Positions 12,658 through 23,810 of a stretch of 64,000 nucleotides of DNA are shown in pieces; the first letter of the stretch is position 1, and each line of letters opens with the position of its first letter. The translations under genes and the position numbers were made by a program. Below the pieces are notes generated by a model. It searched no databases. It saw only the letters and a list, made by a program, of their open reading frames with translations, and had not been told where the DNA came from. The stretch is from contig NC_045697.1 in NCBI RefSeq assembly GCF_009834535.1, positions 28,956,001-29,020,000 of the forward strand, written 5' to 3'. Origin of the DNA: Camelus ferus (taxonomy: Eukaryota).

Positions 12658-13586
12658 GACTTTAAAAACTCTCTCATGAGCAAGAAAAAGAGAGATGGAC
12701 TTAGAACATTTGTTAGAGGAGGCATCGTTACTCAGCTCAGCTTGTCTTCTTTCCAAGTTAGAGCTTTAAAAAGGAAACAGAAGCCAGAGACAGTGCTTTC
12801 AGGAATTTTAAACAAATTCAGCTGTTCAGATGTAGAACATTTTTGTCTGTGGACACTGATGGGGGCTCATAGAAATTCTCTATTGCCTCAAGGGGCCTCA
12901 GGTCAACCTTTTCTTTCCCTTCCAACCACACTTAAGAAACAACACAAAGTACTTCATAACTGCACACATAACACATGCTTCTAGAAATACTTTAATGTGC
13001 ACAGAAACAAGGAGAAGAAAATGAGAATCAGCTACCATCCTAGGACCATAGCGAATTCACCTTGACATGTTGGTATATATTGATCGAGACTTCATATCTC
13101 TGGAATCATACCGTGCATATTTTGAAACCTGCTTTTTTCTTGTTCAGCTCAGGGACCCTTTTCCTGTGTCAGTTCATGTCCTCGTGCCTTGACATTTTAA
13201 AGGGTATCAATTATAGGGATAAACTAATTAGTTTAACCACTTGTTCTTGAATGATTTTTTTTTTGTCATCATAAACAGTGTAGGCAAGAACATGTGTGTA
13301 ACTAAATATTTCATGTCAAAGTTCATGGGAGAAGAAGTCTCTTTGCTGCCATCCGTCTTCCTTTCCCACTCATTCTCATCCCTTGCAATGTGACCACAGC
13401 CCCCTTGGCTCTCCTGAAATCTCTCTGGCTTGGCAGCAGATACTCCAGTCTGAAATACCACACTCTCCTCTCCTCTCACATCTCCTCCAGTGTTTCCGGC
13501 AACAAATTTTGGAGCCAAACCCAAGCTTGCCTAACCCCATGGTCTGTGTTCTCCTTCCTACGCTGAGTTGCCTCTTTTTTACATAG

Positions 13587-13894
13587 CAAAGGTTGTCAAA
13601 CTTTTTATGTAAACGGCCACGTAGTAAATATTTTAGACTCTGTGGGCCATTAAGTCTCTCTTGCAACTTTGAGTTGTAGCAAGAAAGCAGCCATAAATGA
13701 AAGAGCTGTGTTCCAATAAGATGTTACTTATGGACACTTAAATTTGAATTTTATATAATATTCACATGTCATGAAATATTATTCTTTTGATTTTTTTAAC
13801 CATTACAAATCTAAAAACCATTTTTAATTCATGGGCCATGCAAAAAACAGGTGGTGGGTTTTGACTGCAGGTGAGCCATAGTTTGCCAGCCTTG
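13587..13894. mobile_element. MER58B-like hAT-Charlie MITE
   Basis: TIRs caaaggttgtcaaact / agtttgccagccttg, imperfect 8-bp TSD ttacatag / cttcatag. Confidence 0.88.
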
Positions 13895-13982
13895 CTTCAT
13901 AGGATCCTTATATCCTAGAATGGTTAGATATGCACATATTTGCCTCTTTGCTTTTTCTTTCCTTGAACAATTCAGCTTGGAC

Positions 13983-14018
13983 CCCAAACATGTATGCCCA
14001 AACATGTATGCCCAAACA
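13983..14018. repeat. 14-bp tandem repeat (cccaaacatgtatg) x2.5
   Basis: Read directly. Confidence 0.9.
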
Positions 14019-14573
14019 CGTTGAGAGAGGTTGCGGTAACTACATTTCCCCATCACCTTAGTTTTGAGATGAGATTCTAGTGTCTTTTAATGGTGCTCTG
14101 GGCACTTGCCTGGCTGGCTAGCCTTGTTTTTGACTCTGAACTTAGACCAAATTGAGAACTCTATTGGTGTGGTGACAATCCAATTACTGTGCTCGTAGGA
14201 TTGGAAGGAACATGTCAGGGCAGGGGACTGGAACAGGAGGGGAAGGTGCCAGGGTCCCTACTTGGCCTGGAGTCTGAGGGGCAGGGCTCAAAGAGGCCTC
14301 AGGGGTTGATGACATTCTGGTTTCATTCAACTATAATGGGATTAAATCAGCTTTAAGCTTAGGAATGCAAATACTGCTTAGAACCTTGACTCTGGAGAAC
14401 ATGTGGTGAGAGTTGCAAACCAGCATCTTAAAGGCAAACTTTCAGAATAAAATCCATTTGGAATACAGATGATCTGTGTATAAAAATAAACTGAATTTAA
14501 AAGTGATTTCCTTTTGTGATTTGCAGGGGGAATTTAATCATTATTTGTAGCAATTAGAAACTAGCTAAGGGGA

Positions 14574-14627
14574 ATTACTGAAGTAGGGTGGGGTATTACT
14601 GAAGTAGGATTGAGAATTAGTGAAGTG
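14574..14627. repeat. Degenerate 21-bp tandem repeat (core attactgaagtagg) x~3
   Basis: Read directly. Confidence 0.75.
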
Positions 14628-17600
14628 AACCCTTGCAAGATGAAACTTAAGATAAAATACTCTTTGAAAAGATGTTCCCTAAGAAGGTGGTAGCCTTAAT
14701 TTTTAAAAATACTTTTTTGCTGAAGTTTACGTACAGAAAAGTGAACACGTTGTAGGTCTGCAAACTGATTAATTTTCACCAACTGAACACACTTGTGGAA
14801 CTAACTTCTGAATTAAGACACAGGACACTTCTTGTAAATATTAAGAACTCCTTATTTGCAGAGGAGAATGGGAGTAGGGACCCAGCTAGAAGGGATGGCT
14901 AGAAACAGTGTCTCGAAACTGGGTTTGCTTAGGAAGCACAGTTTTATGTGAGATGCGTTGGATAGAACAATGAGAATGATGAGGTGTGGGTGCCACGTGG
15001 AGCTGTGCAGCTGTGGGGTCAGACTCTATTTGGGTCTAACTTTGCCTCCAGCAGTGTCTCCCTGTGTGACCCGAAGGCAAGATTCTTCACTGGCCGACAT
15101 CTCTGCAGTTGTGAGATGGTCCTCTCCATGAAGACAGCAGCCGTCCTGCTCACTGTTAGGCTCTCAGGACCTGATACAGTGCCTGCCATGCAGGAAGCTC
15201 AAAACAAATTTTTTTAAATAAATAAAATAATCAATAAATAATACATACAGTCCGTAGAAGATGCTCAATAATGTAAATAAAAGTCACAAAATGACCCATC
15301 GATCAAGTAGTGCCACATTTGTGACTATATCCCCCAGGAAAATTGTTTCACGTAAACTTCTATACATGTGTATATGCACATATATTTTATGTATAAAGTA
15401 GCACTTGTTAATTATGGTGAATTACTGGAACTAACTCAATGGCTGCTCAAAGGACTCAAAACAGTGGGGAATGGCTGGGCAATTATGAATTGTTGAAACA
15501 ATGGCAAGCTATTGAGCTAAAACCTGGCAAGCATGTAGACTATGTTGAAAATAAAAATTTTTCTAAATTGAAAAAAAAGTTTAAAAGATATACACAAGTG
15601 TATATTTATTAGAGAATGAAAAGTGAATAATATTTGGAGTAATAAAGTTGAGAGATGGCTATGCTTTTCCTCTATCAAGTGGCTTAAGATTGTTTTGAAT
15701 TGATTCTCTTTCCCTGCAAGAGAAAGAAACGAAACGAAGCACCCAACCCCCCCAGCACCCCCCCAAGCCAGACGTGGAATCACTCATCAGAGCAGGGCCT
15801 GCTCTTGCTGTGGTGTCCTTGCTAGGCTGTGGAAGGGTTGCTGAGAGAAGGTGCGGGCAGGAGATGAATTGCTGAGAAATGTGATTTCCTAATCACCTAA
15901 GTGTGTTAGATTCGCAGCAGAAACAATTTTCTTAATGAATAAATTGGCTGCTGCCAGCACAGGTCCTTTGCCCAAAACTCTTTCCAGAAGGATGACATTT
16001 AGATGTATTCTCCGTAATTGATAGGCTGTCCCTGGCTGATGACTGCCATGGGTTCATATTTTTGAAAAAAAAAAAAAAAAATGAGGGTTTTATCAGCATT
16101 TTGAAGTAAGCCACCTCAGTCAAAGCCCAGATAACCTAAAATGTGTAATAATAATAATTAGAGTCATAATTTCATCTTAGTTTTATATTGTGCTCTGTCA
16201 TTCTGGAGGGGCTTTCTCATAAGATAATCAAGAGAGTGTTCCCAAAAGTACAGCGTTTTGTCGGAGTACAGGCACACATTACTGCTGGGTGGTTGTCATT
16301 TCCATCTGGTGCTTACAAGCTCCCTGTGAGGAAGGTAGGGCAGTTCTCATTTCAGTTTCTCAAACAGGGGAGGAGCCCAGGAGGACCAGCCATTTCAGCA
16401 GAGTGGAGATGGCTATGGTAGAGGGCAGGGCTATCACAGCGACACAGAGGGGGCACCTGGTCCAGCAGTGAGTCAGGCCATCAAAGATGTTCAAGAGGAG
16501 GTTGGAGACGGTCGAAGTGGGTGACAGCAGGTCTTTCCAGGTAAATAGAGTAGCACAGAGTGTGTCTGAAGAGAGAGAGAGAATAAAGAGTGGGGGATCT
16601 GTTGGGATGAGATGGGATGAGAATTGAGGCTAAAATGAAATGGGGACTTCCTATGGGACAGCCCTCAGCTCTCCGGAAGGTGGAATGGACTAGGACACCT
16701 CATCTCTAAGCCCTCCCTCTTGCCTGCCTCTGTGCCTTTGCTGTGGATGACACCATTGCCTTTACAAGATGAAGTCTCCCTTCCCTCCCTCTCTCTCTGT
16801 GTGTGCACCCTGGGGGCCTGGGGAAGGCATCCTTTCTGTAAAAACGGTGGAAAGGGGAGAGAGAGAAGAGAAATCAAGTTATTGAGACCTGAGAGGTTCT
16901 GGGATTGAAGGTTCATTAATTCCAGTCTGATTTAAGTCCTAAAGGGTCACTCAGTGCATCGCTCACGATGCTATCTGAACTCACTCTTATAACGCCTCCG
17001 TATAGCAAAATACCACTGAAAACCCTCTTCTGTTTTTCCCCTAGAGGCTCTTTTAGGGAGAATCTCTCTCTTTAGGTGAAATTCCACTGAAATCAAGCCC
17101 ATAAGCCTTCCACACACATTATGTGACCTATCATGGCCCCGCTGTGGGCACATGAGACACACCGTCTGAAGGTGATCTGTCCTGTCTATATAGGGTATTG
17201 CTCTAATCCAGACTGGAGCTCCTCCCCTGGCCCCCTTCTCCTAGCTCCATATTTAGCCATCTGCTGAAGACTGTGCATGTCATCAAGTTTCATCATCCGT
17301 CTTTGCTGCTATGGAGTAGTGCAGAGGTTTACGTTCTTGTATACATGGTGGCAGGCAATAAAGCTTTCTTCTTTGGCCTCAGTTTCAATAGAAACTAACT
17401 GAGAGAGTTAATCTTGACCAATCACTTTATGCTTTGGGAAACTGAGGCCTTGAGAACTGACACGATGTGCCTCTTAGGGCCACAGCTGGCTGGGAATGAA
17501 GGTCACTTGATTGAGTGGAGCCCTTTTCTCCAGTCTGAATCTTTGTAGCTCTCTGAGCAGCAAAATGCAGACACAAATTTCTTTGTCCATATCATATTCT

Positions 17601-17829
17601 TATTTTTATGCTACAAGAATATATTTTTTGCAGCCTATACGTATTGTAGTCATGGCTGGGTATAAGACACACAGAGCGCCCTTTGCCATAGAAACCTCTT
17701 TAATGCTACTTCAGATTCCTCACTTACAATTAATAATTGTTTATCATTATATTTAGTAATTACTATTTAACAGTGATATTAGTAATGAGGACTATTGTGT
17801 ATTTTCTACCTGCTGACTATGTACTTACA

Positions 17830-18040
17830 GTATGTTTACTTTATGTACTATGCTAAGGATTTTATACATCTGAGCACACTTAATACTCTCAATAACTCTG
17901 TGTTATAGATATTATCACATCACATTTTACAGAGTGGGAGACTGAGACTTAGGGAGGTTAAGAAACTTCTAAGGTAGTCAGTTTGTCAGCCCAGATGCAA
18001 TTCCAGATCTACCTGACTTTATAGTCTGTGTTCTTAACAG
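17830..18040 (-). mobile_element. MIR SINE
   Basis: cattttacagagtgggagactgagacttagggaggttaag. Confidence 0.8.
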
Positions 18041-18469
18041 TTTTGCCCCAGTGACTTCCTTTTGTCAATATTTACTCAGGAAACTTGGCTTTACTCAATA
18101 TCTTAGAAGAAATTTTTTTCATAACCGAAAGCCTGACTACATGCATGTTTTTCCTGCTACATTAGGGTCAAAATCAAACTTAAAACATGTCTTAATGGGT
18201 CTTAGGGCTGGACTAAGTAACAAAGGGTCACAAAAGCTTCATTTAAGTCATCTGTATGTAAAAGGAGCTGAAGTCTGAGACCCAAATGAGCTCCCAAGGG
18301 GACCTTGTTCAAAGGTCTGGTGACAAAGAGGTGTCCAGGACCACTGTGTATGAGAGAGACTGGATGTGAGTCTTCAGAGAGACTCCAGGCAAATGTTTGA
18401 CACCCCAACCCCTATGCTTGGACATTCAATATTTGGTATTTTAAATAAATAGTAAAATATGGTGCCTGC

Positions 18470-18640
18470 TCATAGACCCCATGTCCCAGGTTCTGTGCTG
18501 TTAGACTCTCCACATACTGAATTGCTACAGTAATTTCATCAAGAAGATGCATTTCTTATTTTTCCATTTTTATGAGGAAACCAAGGCTCAGAGAGGTTAA
18601 GTAACTTGACCAAGGCCACTCAGCTTATATGTGGTAAAAA
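18470..18640 (-). mobile_element. MIR SINE
   Basis: atgaggaaaccaaggctcagagaggttaagtaacttgaccaaggccac. Confidence 0.8.
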
Positions 18641-19546
18641 AATGGATACATGAAAATCCTGTGAATTATTTATTTAACTCATTTGCAAAGGCTATTATGT
18701 CTAATTAAACAGACTGTGGGTTGACAAGGATAAAACTGTCTTGGAGGGGAATGTCCAGATTTAGAGGAGTGTTTTTTAAAAATTATGTTTTGAAGCAGAC
18801 ATATAGGTCTGTTTTACATTACTTTACATGTGACATGGCAGGAAGATTGCCAGTGGGGGAGGTTAAAAGCCCAGATTGTATTAATAACCTTTACTTTGAA
18901 ATTTGGTCTGAAAGACATTTCCTTTGTCTGAAGCTGGGCTGGCCTTGTGATGACATCCCTTGGCAGACGGGGACACCAACTCCACGACTGATCTCATCAG
19001 TCTGGAGCTCTTCCACCTGCAGTGAATGAGAATTTACTTAACTCTTTCATGAAATTCAGATTTTGTCATGTTTATGTGGTTCTGTTTAAGTGACAAGCAC
19101 TGAATATGGTTGCTTTTAAGCAAGTTATTTTGTTTAACCAGGAGCTTAGCAGAGTTCCTGATACATAGGTAGCTGTCCAGAAAAGAAATAATTTTATCCC
19201 CACAACATCTCTGAGAAGTAGTTCCTAAATTTGTAACAATCTTGCAGATTCGTAAACTGAGGCTTGGAGATCAAGCAATGTGCTCAAAGCCGTGTTGTTG
19301 TATAGGTGATGGAGTCTGATTTCAGATGCAGAAAATGCCAAGGACATTGCTCTTTCTGTTACACCTGTAGTCAGTTTTTTGAAAAAACCTCAAGGGAAAA
19401 ACCACAGCAAATTTTTAGAGTTCTGGTGATTTCTTCTCTCTGACCTCAGCACATAAACCAAGGACTGGCTGATTAATCGATAAATGAGGGGAAGTGTTTA
19501 TAGTATGTGTGGCTTGTCACACTGCTCTTTCTTGCCGTTCCCAAAG

Positions 19547-19660
19547 TGGCTGGGATCCACTAGAAACTGAAGCAGCCAAGACCGCTGTCAGCCACGGTCC
19601 CCACTTCTTGGTGCAGAAGCTGACAGAGAGCTGTCTGAACACGTCTCATTCACACAGCAG
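19547..19660 (+). other. RHOH: Probable non-coding penultimate 5'-UTR exon of RHOH
   Basis: Acceptor-like ctctttcttgccgttcccaaAG (19546) and CAG|GTTGCT donor (19661). Non-repetitive sequence ~300 bp upstream of the coding exon, resembling the human arrangement as recalled. The donor is weak and the boundaries are uncertain. Confidence 0.55.
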
Positions 19661-20009
19661 GTTGCTGTTGAGGTCTTTTTCATGTTGCCACCAGAGCAGT
19701 CGCTGGTGTTTTTACCGCTAGGCTGACTTTAGAGATCAAATCAGCTTCTGCTTCTTGACTGGGTGGGGTTGTGGGTGTAAGTGCTGGGGTATAACAGGTC
19801 CAAGCTTTCACTGCCGGGATAAGGGTGAGTTAGACAAGTGGGGTCGGACGGCTCCACTGAGGAGGCCCCCCTGTTTAATCAGTTTCCCAATGATGAAGCT
19901 GCCCATCATCAAGAAAGGGAAAAAAGACTCAATTTCTCCCCTTCTCTTTCTGTTCCAGTTGAAGACTAGCCTTTGGAGGTTTCCAGAGTAGATCGTGCAT
20001 CTCCTTTGG

Positions 20010-20027
20010 ATGGACCGGGCAAAGTGA
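20010..20027 (+). promoter_or_regulatory. uORF1 (MDRAK*) in the RHOH 5' UTR
   Basis: ATG GAC CGG GCA AAG TGA read directly. Confidence 0.7.
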
Positions 20028-20094
20028 CATTCTGCAAACTGCTGTCAGAGGTCCTGAGAACACAAGCCCATCTGGCTTTCATTCCCTGTGTTGA

Positions 20095-20121
20095 ATGGCA
20101 TTTGCCCCAGCAGCCCACTGA
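20095..20121 (+). promoter_or_regulatory. uORF2 (MAFAPAAH*) in the RHOH 5' UTR
   Basis: ATG GCA TTT GCC CCA GCA GCC CAC TGA, ending 52 nt before the main ATG. Confidence 0.7.
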
Positions 20122-20173
20122 GGGCTCTTTCCCTCGGGATTCTGAACTGTAACTAGGAACCCAGGCTGAGAAG

Positions 20174-20749
20174 ATGCTGAGTTCCATCAAGTGTGTGTTG
20201 GTGGGAGACTCTGCGGTGGGGAAAACCTCTCTGTTGGTGCGCTTCACCTCAGAGACCTTCCCGGAGGCCTACAGGCCCACGGTGTATGAGAATACAGGCG
20301 TGGACGTCTTCATGGATGGCATCCAGATCAGCCTGGGGCTCTGGGACACAGCCGGCAATGATGCCTTCAGGAGTATCCGGCCCTTGTCCTACCAGCAGGC
20401 GGACGTGGTGCTGATGTGCTACTCCGTGGCCAACCATAACTCCTTCCTGAACCTGAAAAACAAGTGGATCGGTGAAGTCAGGAGCAACCTGCCCTGCACC
20501 CCTGTGCTGGTGGTGGCCACCCAGACTGACCAGCGGGAGGTGGGGCCCCACAGGGCCTCCTGCGTCAATGCCATAGAAGGAAAGAGACTGGCCCAGGATG
20601 TGAGAGCTAAGGGCTACCTGGAGTGCTCAGCCCTCAGCAATCGGGGGGTACAGCAGGTATTTGAGTGTGCCGTCCGAACTGCTGTCAACCAAGCCAGGAG
20701 ACGCAACAGAAGGAGGTTCTTCTCCATTAATGAATGCAAGATCCTCTAA
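20174..20749 (+). CDS. RHOH: Rho-related GTP-binding protein RhoH (TTF), 191 aa, intronless CDS
   Basis: [24 protein letters not shown]...[18 protein letters not shown]-loop GDSAVGKT, effector YRPTVYEN, switch II WDTAGND, G5 ECSAL, polybasic tail and CAAX. S13 and N62 (in place of G12/Q61) and Y73/Y83 ITAM-like motif are RhoH hallmarks. Start context aagATG with A at -3. Confidence 0.99.
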   Translation: MLSSIKCVLVGDSAVGKTSLLVRFTSETFPEAYRPTVYENTGVDVFMDGIQISLGLWDTAGNDAFRSIRPLSYQQADVVLMCYSVANHNSFLNLKNKWIGEVRSNLPCTPVLVVATQTDQREVGPHRASCVNAIEGKRLAQDVRAKGYLECSALSNRGVQQVFECAVRTAVNQARRRNRRRFFSINECKIL

Positions 20750-22340
20750 ACCCCAAAGACTTTACTCAACACTCGTTTCCTCTGCCCAAAGACTAACTGA
20801 GACAGGGAGAGCCCACAAGCCAGCAAGGATTGATACTCTTTCTGGATACAGCAGCGTTTCCTTCCTGAAAAGTGTTTCCTTTTGGATACAATTGATGAGA
20901 CTTGGCTACTGGATGTTTTTACAAAATAAACTCTACAAATGGACTCTTTGCCCTTGCCAACTAGAAGATGCCTTGAGCAACTGTAATGAATACTCCATCT
21001 TCAACTAAAAAAACCAAAGCGGTCTCCACAATTTTGGACAATGAAGTGAGTTTTCCAAAGCATTCTGTATTTAAAGACATTTTATTTAAATAATAACTAA
21101 ATGAATAGCTCTTGGATATAATTAGTTTTTACACTTGGAAAGTCTTCCTACCTACTCACAAACACCAGCTGATGTGTGAGTGAAATGAGCTTACTGGGCT
21201 GTGCCATGCCTGCAGTGGTACTGTTTTCACCTGAAGTAGTCATTTTGTTGAGACCACTTGCCTGCTAGATTTTACTAGGTAATCAAATTTTAAAACAACC
21301 ATCAACTGATTCTTGCAATTAATTTCCCACCCACTGTTTATTCAGAGTTGTATATAAAATACATTTCAATGCCGTAAGATACTTTGATACTGTCTAATGA
21401 CTTTAAACAGCTGTCATATGTCTCTGTGATTATTTTTTTTAAAAGCATTTATTTATGGTATAGCCTTTCACCTAATGAACTCCAATTATGCACTAAATAG
21501 TCCTCTCTCATTCACCAAAACAGACTGAAGGAAACGTCTTCCAGGTAGAGAGCAGACTGCTCTAAGCGATGGCAGCAGAGCTTGGAGCAGACGCAAGGAA
21601 GTCTGACTTTCACTTTGGGGACCGTTGCACTTCGCCAGCGTCTTCTGACCCTGGGACTCCTAGCTTGTTGTAGGTCTTGTGAAAGACCAGACTCGGTTCT
21701 CTGTGACGGCAATTCAGCAAATTTGTTGTCTGAACTCTAACCTGAGCTGGCATGGCAACATAATTTATTAATTTTAGGATCTAATCAGAATCATTGGGAA
21801 GATATCTAGGTGTATATGTATCTGTGTTGGAAAAAAGGTGGAATTTGTAACTTTTACTAATTTCATGAATATGAAACACCTGAGCAGAAAAAATCACAAA
21901 TTTCAAGCACAGGGAACAGGAAAACGGTATAGCAATTGCTTAGATAATAAAAAGTTATCAGGAGAAATACTGAGTAAATAGGAACACTGCCTACCCCCAT
22001 TCTATCTAATAGCTTAAAAGCAATGGCATTGATCATGTTAAAGTTGAGAACAGAGGACTATGTCGCTTCAGAAATTGCAAAAGCTGGAACCCAGGTGTTT
22101 CGTTTACTCACCCAATCAAATAAAACCTAGAACCACTCTGAATCACGTTTATTAAAGCTCATGGTGGTTAGGGTGTAACACGCCATCACACACCAACGGT
22201 GAGCAGTTGGCGTAATGACCATGATTAGACTTTTGTTATGTGGTCGATTCTTTATAGCGCTAATCAATGTCAAAATCAAACGTGTGCTTGTCTCCACATT
22301 GCCTTCTCTTTCTCCTCTTTGCTCATCCACATCCAATAAA
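20750..22340 (+). other. RHOH: RHOH 3' UTR region with AU-rich elements and several candidate poly(A) signals (true end unknown)
   Basis: AATAAA at 20925-20930, 21946-21951, 22119-22124 and 22335-22340. TTATTTAAA at 21082-21090 and ATTTATTTA at 21447-21455. Confidence 0.55.
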
Positions 22341-23589
22341 GGGGCTGGGACCTGGGTCTTCGTCTCTGGGGCCCGGGTTCCTTCAGTTCCCTGGGGCTGA
22401 CATAGCTACCTTCACCCTGACATCTCCAGCTCTCCAGGCCCACAGCTCATCCTCTCCTCAGTATCACCTGTGTGCCTTAATTTGCGAACTACCATATCCA
22501 GCTCTCCACGCTGGGCAGCCAGAGGGTTGGAGGGCTTCAAAGCTGGCCAGGCAGGTGAGGCGATGGGAGTTCATCTCCTCAGTATCCCTGTTGACCTTCC
22601 TCCTCTTCTCCATCAATCGCCAACGGTCTTAAAGAACACGTGCAGGTTTTCCTTCAGGGTCAGTCTTTAGGGTGGAGGGTATTTAACACAATAGCAGGAA
22701 TCAATTTCTAATCATTACAACTAGCTTTCCCCAAGCTTTTCTTTCTTTCTTGTTGAATAGAGATTGGTTGACGTGGGTTGGGGGATAGGGGGCCAGGATC
22801 TGAAAATGGGAAGGCCTAGTTACCTGATTCTAAGAGAGGGGAGAGGAGGTGATTCCATGGCAGAAGTGGTATTACCAGGGAAGGCCAGAGAGGGCGAGGC
22901 CAGGTGACTTTGCCTTCACCTGGGCAGACACACAGGTGAGCCGTCTGCTTGTTGGCTGGAGCCAAGCTTAAAGGCCCCCTCTGAGAACCCTCACACCTAA
23001 GAATAGGAATCCACGTGTAAACCCTCCCCAGTGATAGGAACTGGCATAAATTGAAGCCAGTCAGCATCTCTCTCCCTTATTAGACTACAGTTCTTGAAGG
23101 CAGAGCCACCTCCTGTTCATTTCAGTGTCCCCAGGGCCCAGCTCAGGGAAAGAAAGGCAGCTAAACAAAGTCGTGTTGAATTGAATTGGAGAGAAAGTCA
23201 AGAATTGGACGGATGTGCTGCAAAGCGGTTACAGGAAGGAAGCAGACCCTCACCAGCTGTGCAGGGGTAAGAAGTGAAAATAGGCCATTTTCTTGGAATC
23301 CATGCAGTTTATGCTCTACATGACTGTGTATTTCTTTCTCCTGCTTAGATGCAGGCATATGCTTCTTACACTTCAAAACTTGCAGTACCTTTTTTTGTGG
23401 ACTATTGTATGTTGATTCTTAACCATCCCGCGTAGCAACATTAAATATGCTCTTGTTTACATTAAGGAGTTGGCTGAGTGGTTGAGTAATTCATCCTATT
23501 CTGTTCTACTTTATACTGACTATCTAAATACGGTGGCACAAGCTAGTGTGATGAAATTAGGCTGACAAGAAAGCAGAAAGCATCGCAAT

Positions 23590-23810
23590 GGTTATAGTTT
23601 ATTGAGGGCTTGGATGTGCCAGGCCCTGTGCTAAGCACTTGAGTGTGTGTGTGATCTCACCACGTGAAGTGTAGGTAGCCACACTGTGAGTACCATATTG
23701 CACAGGAAACTGAACGTTGACCGGCAAGTCCAAGGCCAGACAGCAGGTGAGTGGCTGCACCAGGAGTCTTGAGCGGGTCTGTTGGACTCCAAAGCTCTGC
23801 TCAAAACCAC
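23590..23810 (-). mobile_element. MIR SINE
   Basis: tttattgagggcttggatgtgccaggccctgtgctaagcact...caggaaactga. Confidence 0.75.

Larger units (their letters stand above)
19959..20173 (+). other. RHOH: 5' UTR portion of the RHOH terminal exon, preceded by a splice acceptor
   Basis: Long polypyrimidine tract tttctccccttctctttctgttccAG ends at 19958. The exon starts TTGAAGACTAG, matching my recollection of the human coding-exon start. Confidence 0.88.

Noticed and set aside
20174..20749. Intronless GTPase ORF as a processed pseudogene
   Set aside because: Intact ORF, genuine upstream splice acceptor, no poly(A) tail or TSD. RHOH is known to have a single coding exon.
19966..21008. Overlapping alternative-frame and antisense ORFs around RHOH (73, 93, 100 and 115 aa)
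   Set aside because: Expected by-products of a GC-rich CDS; mostly non-ATG starts and no recognisable domains.
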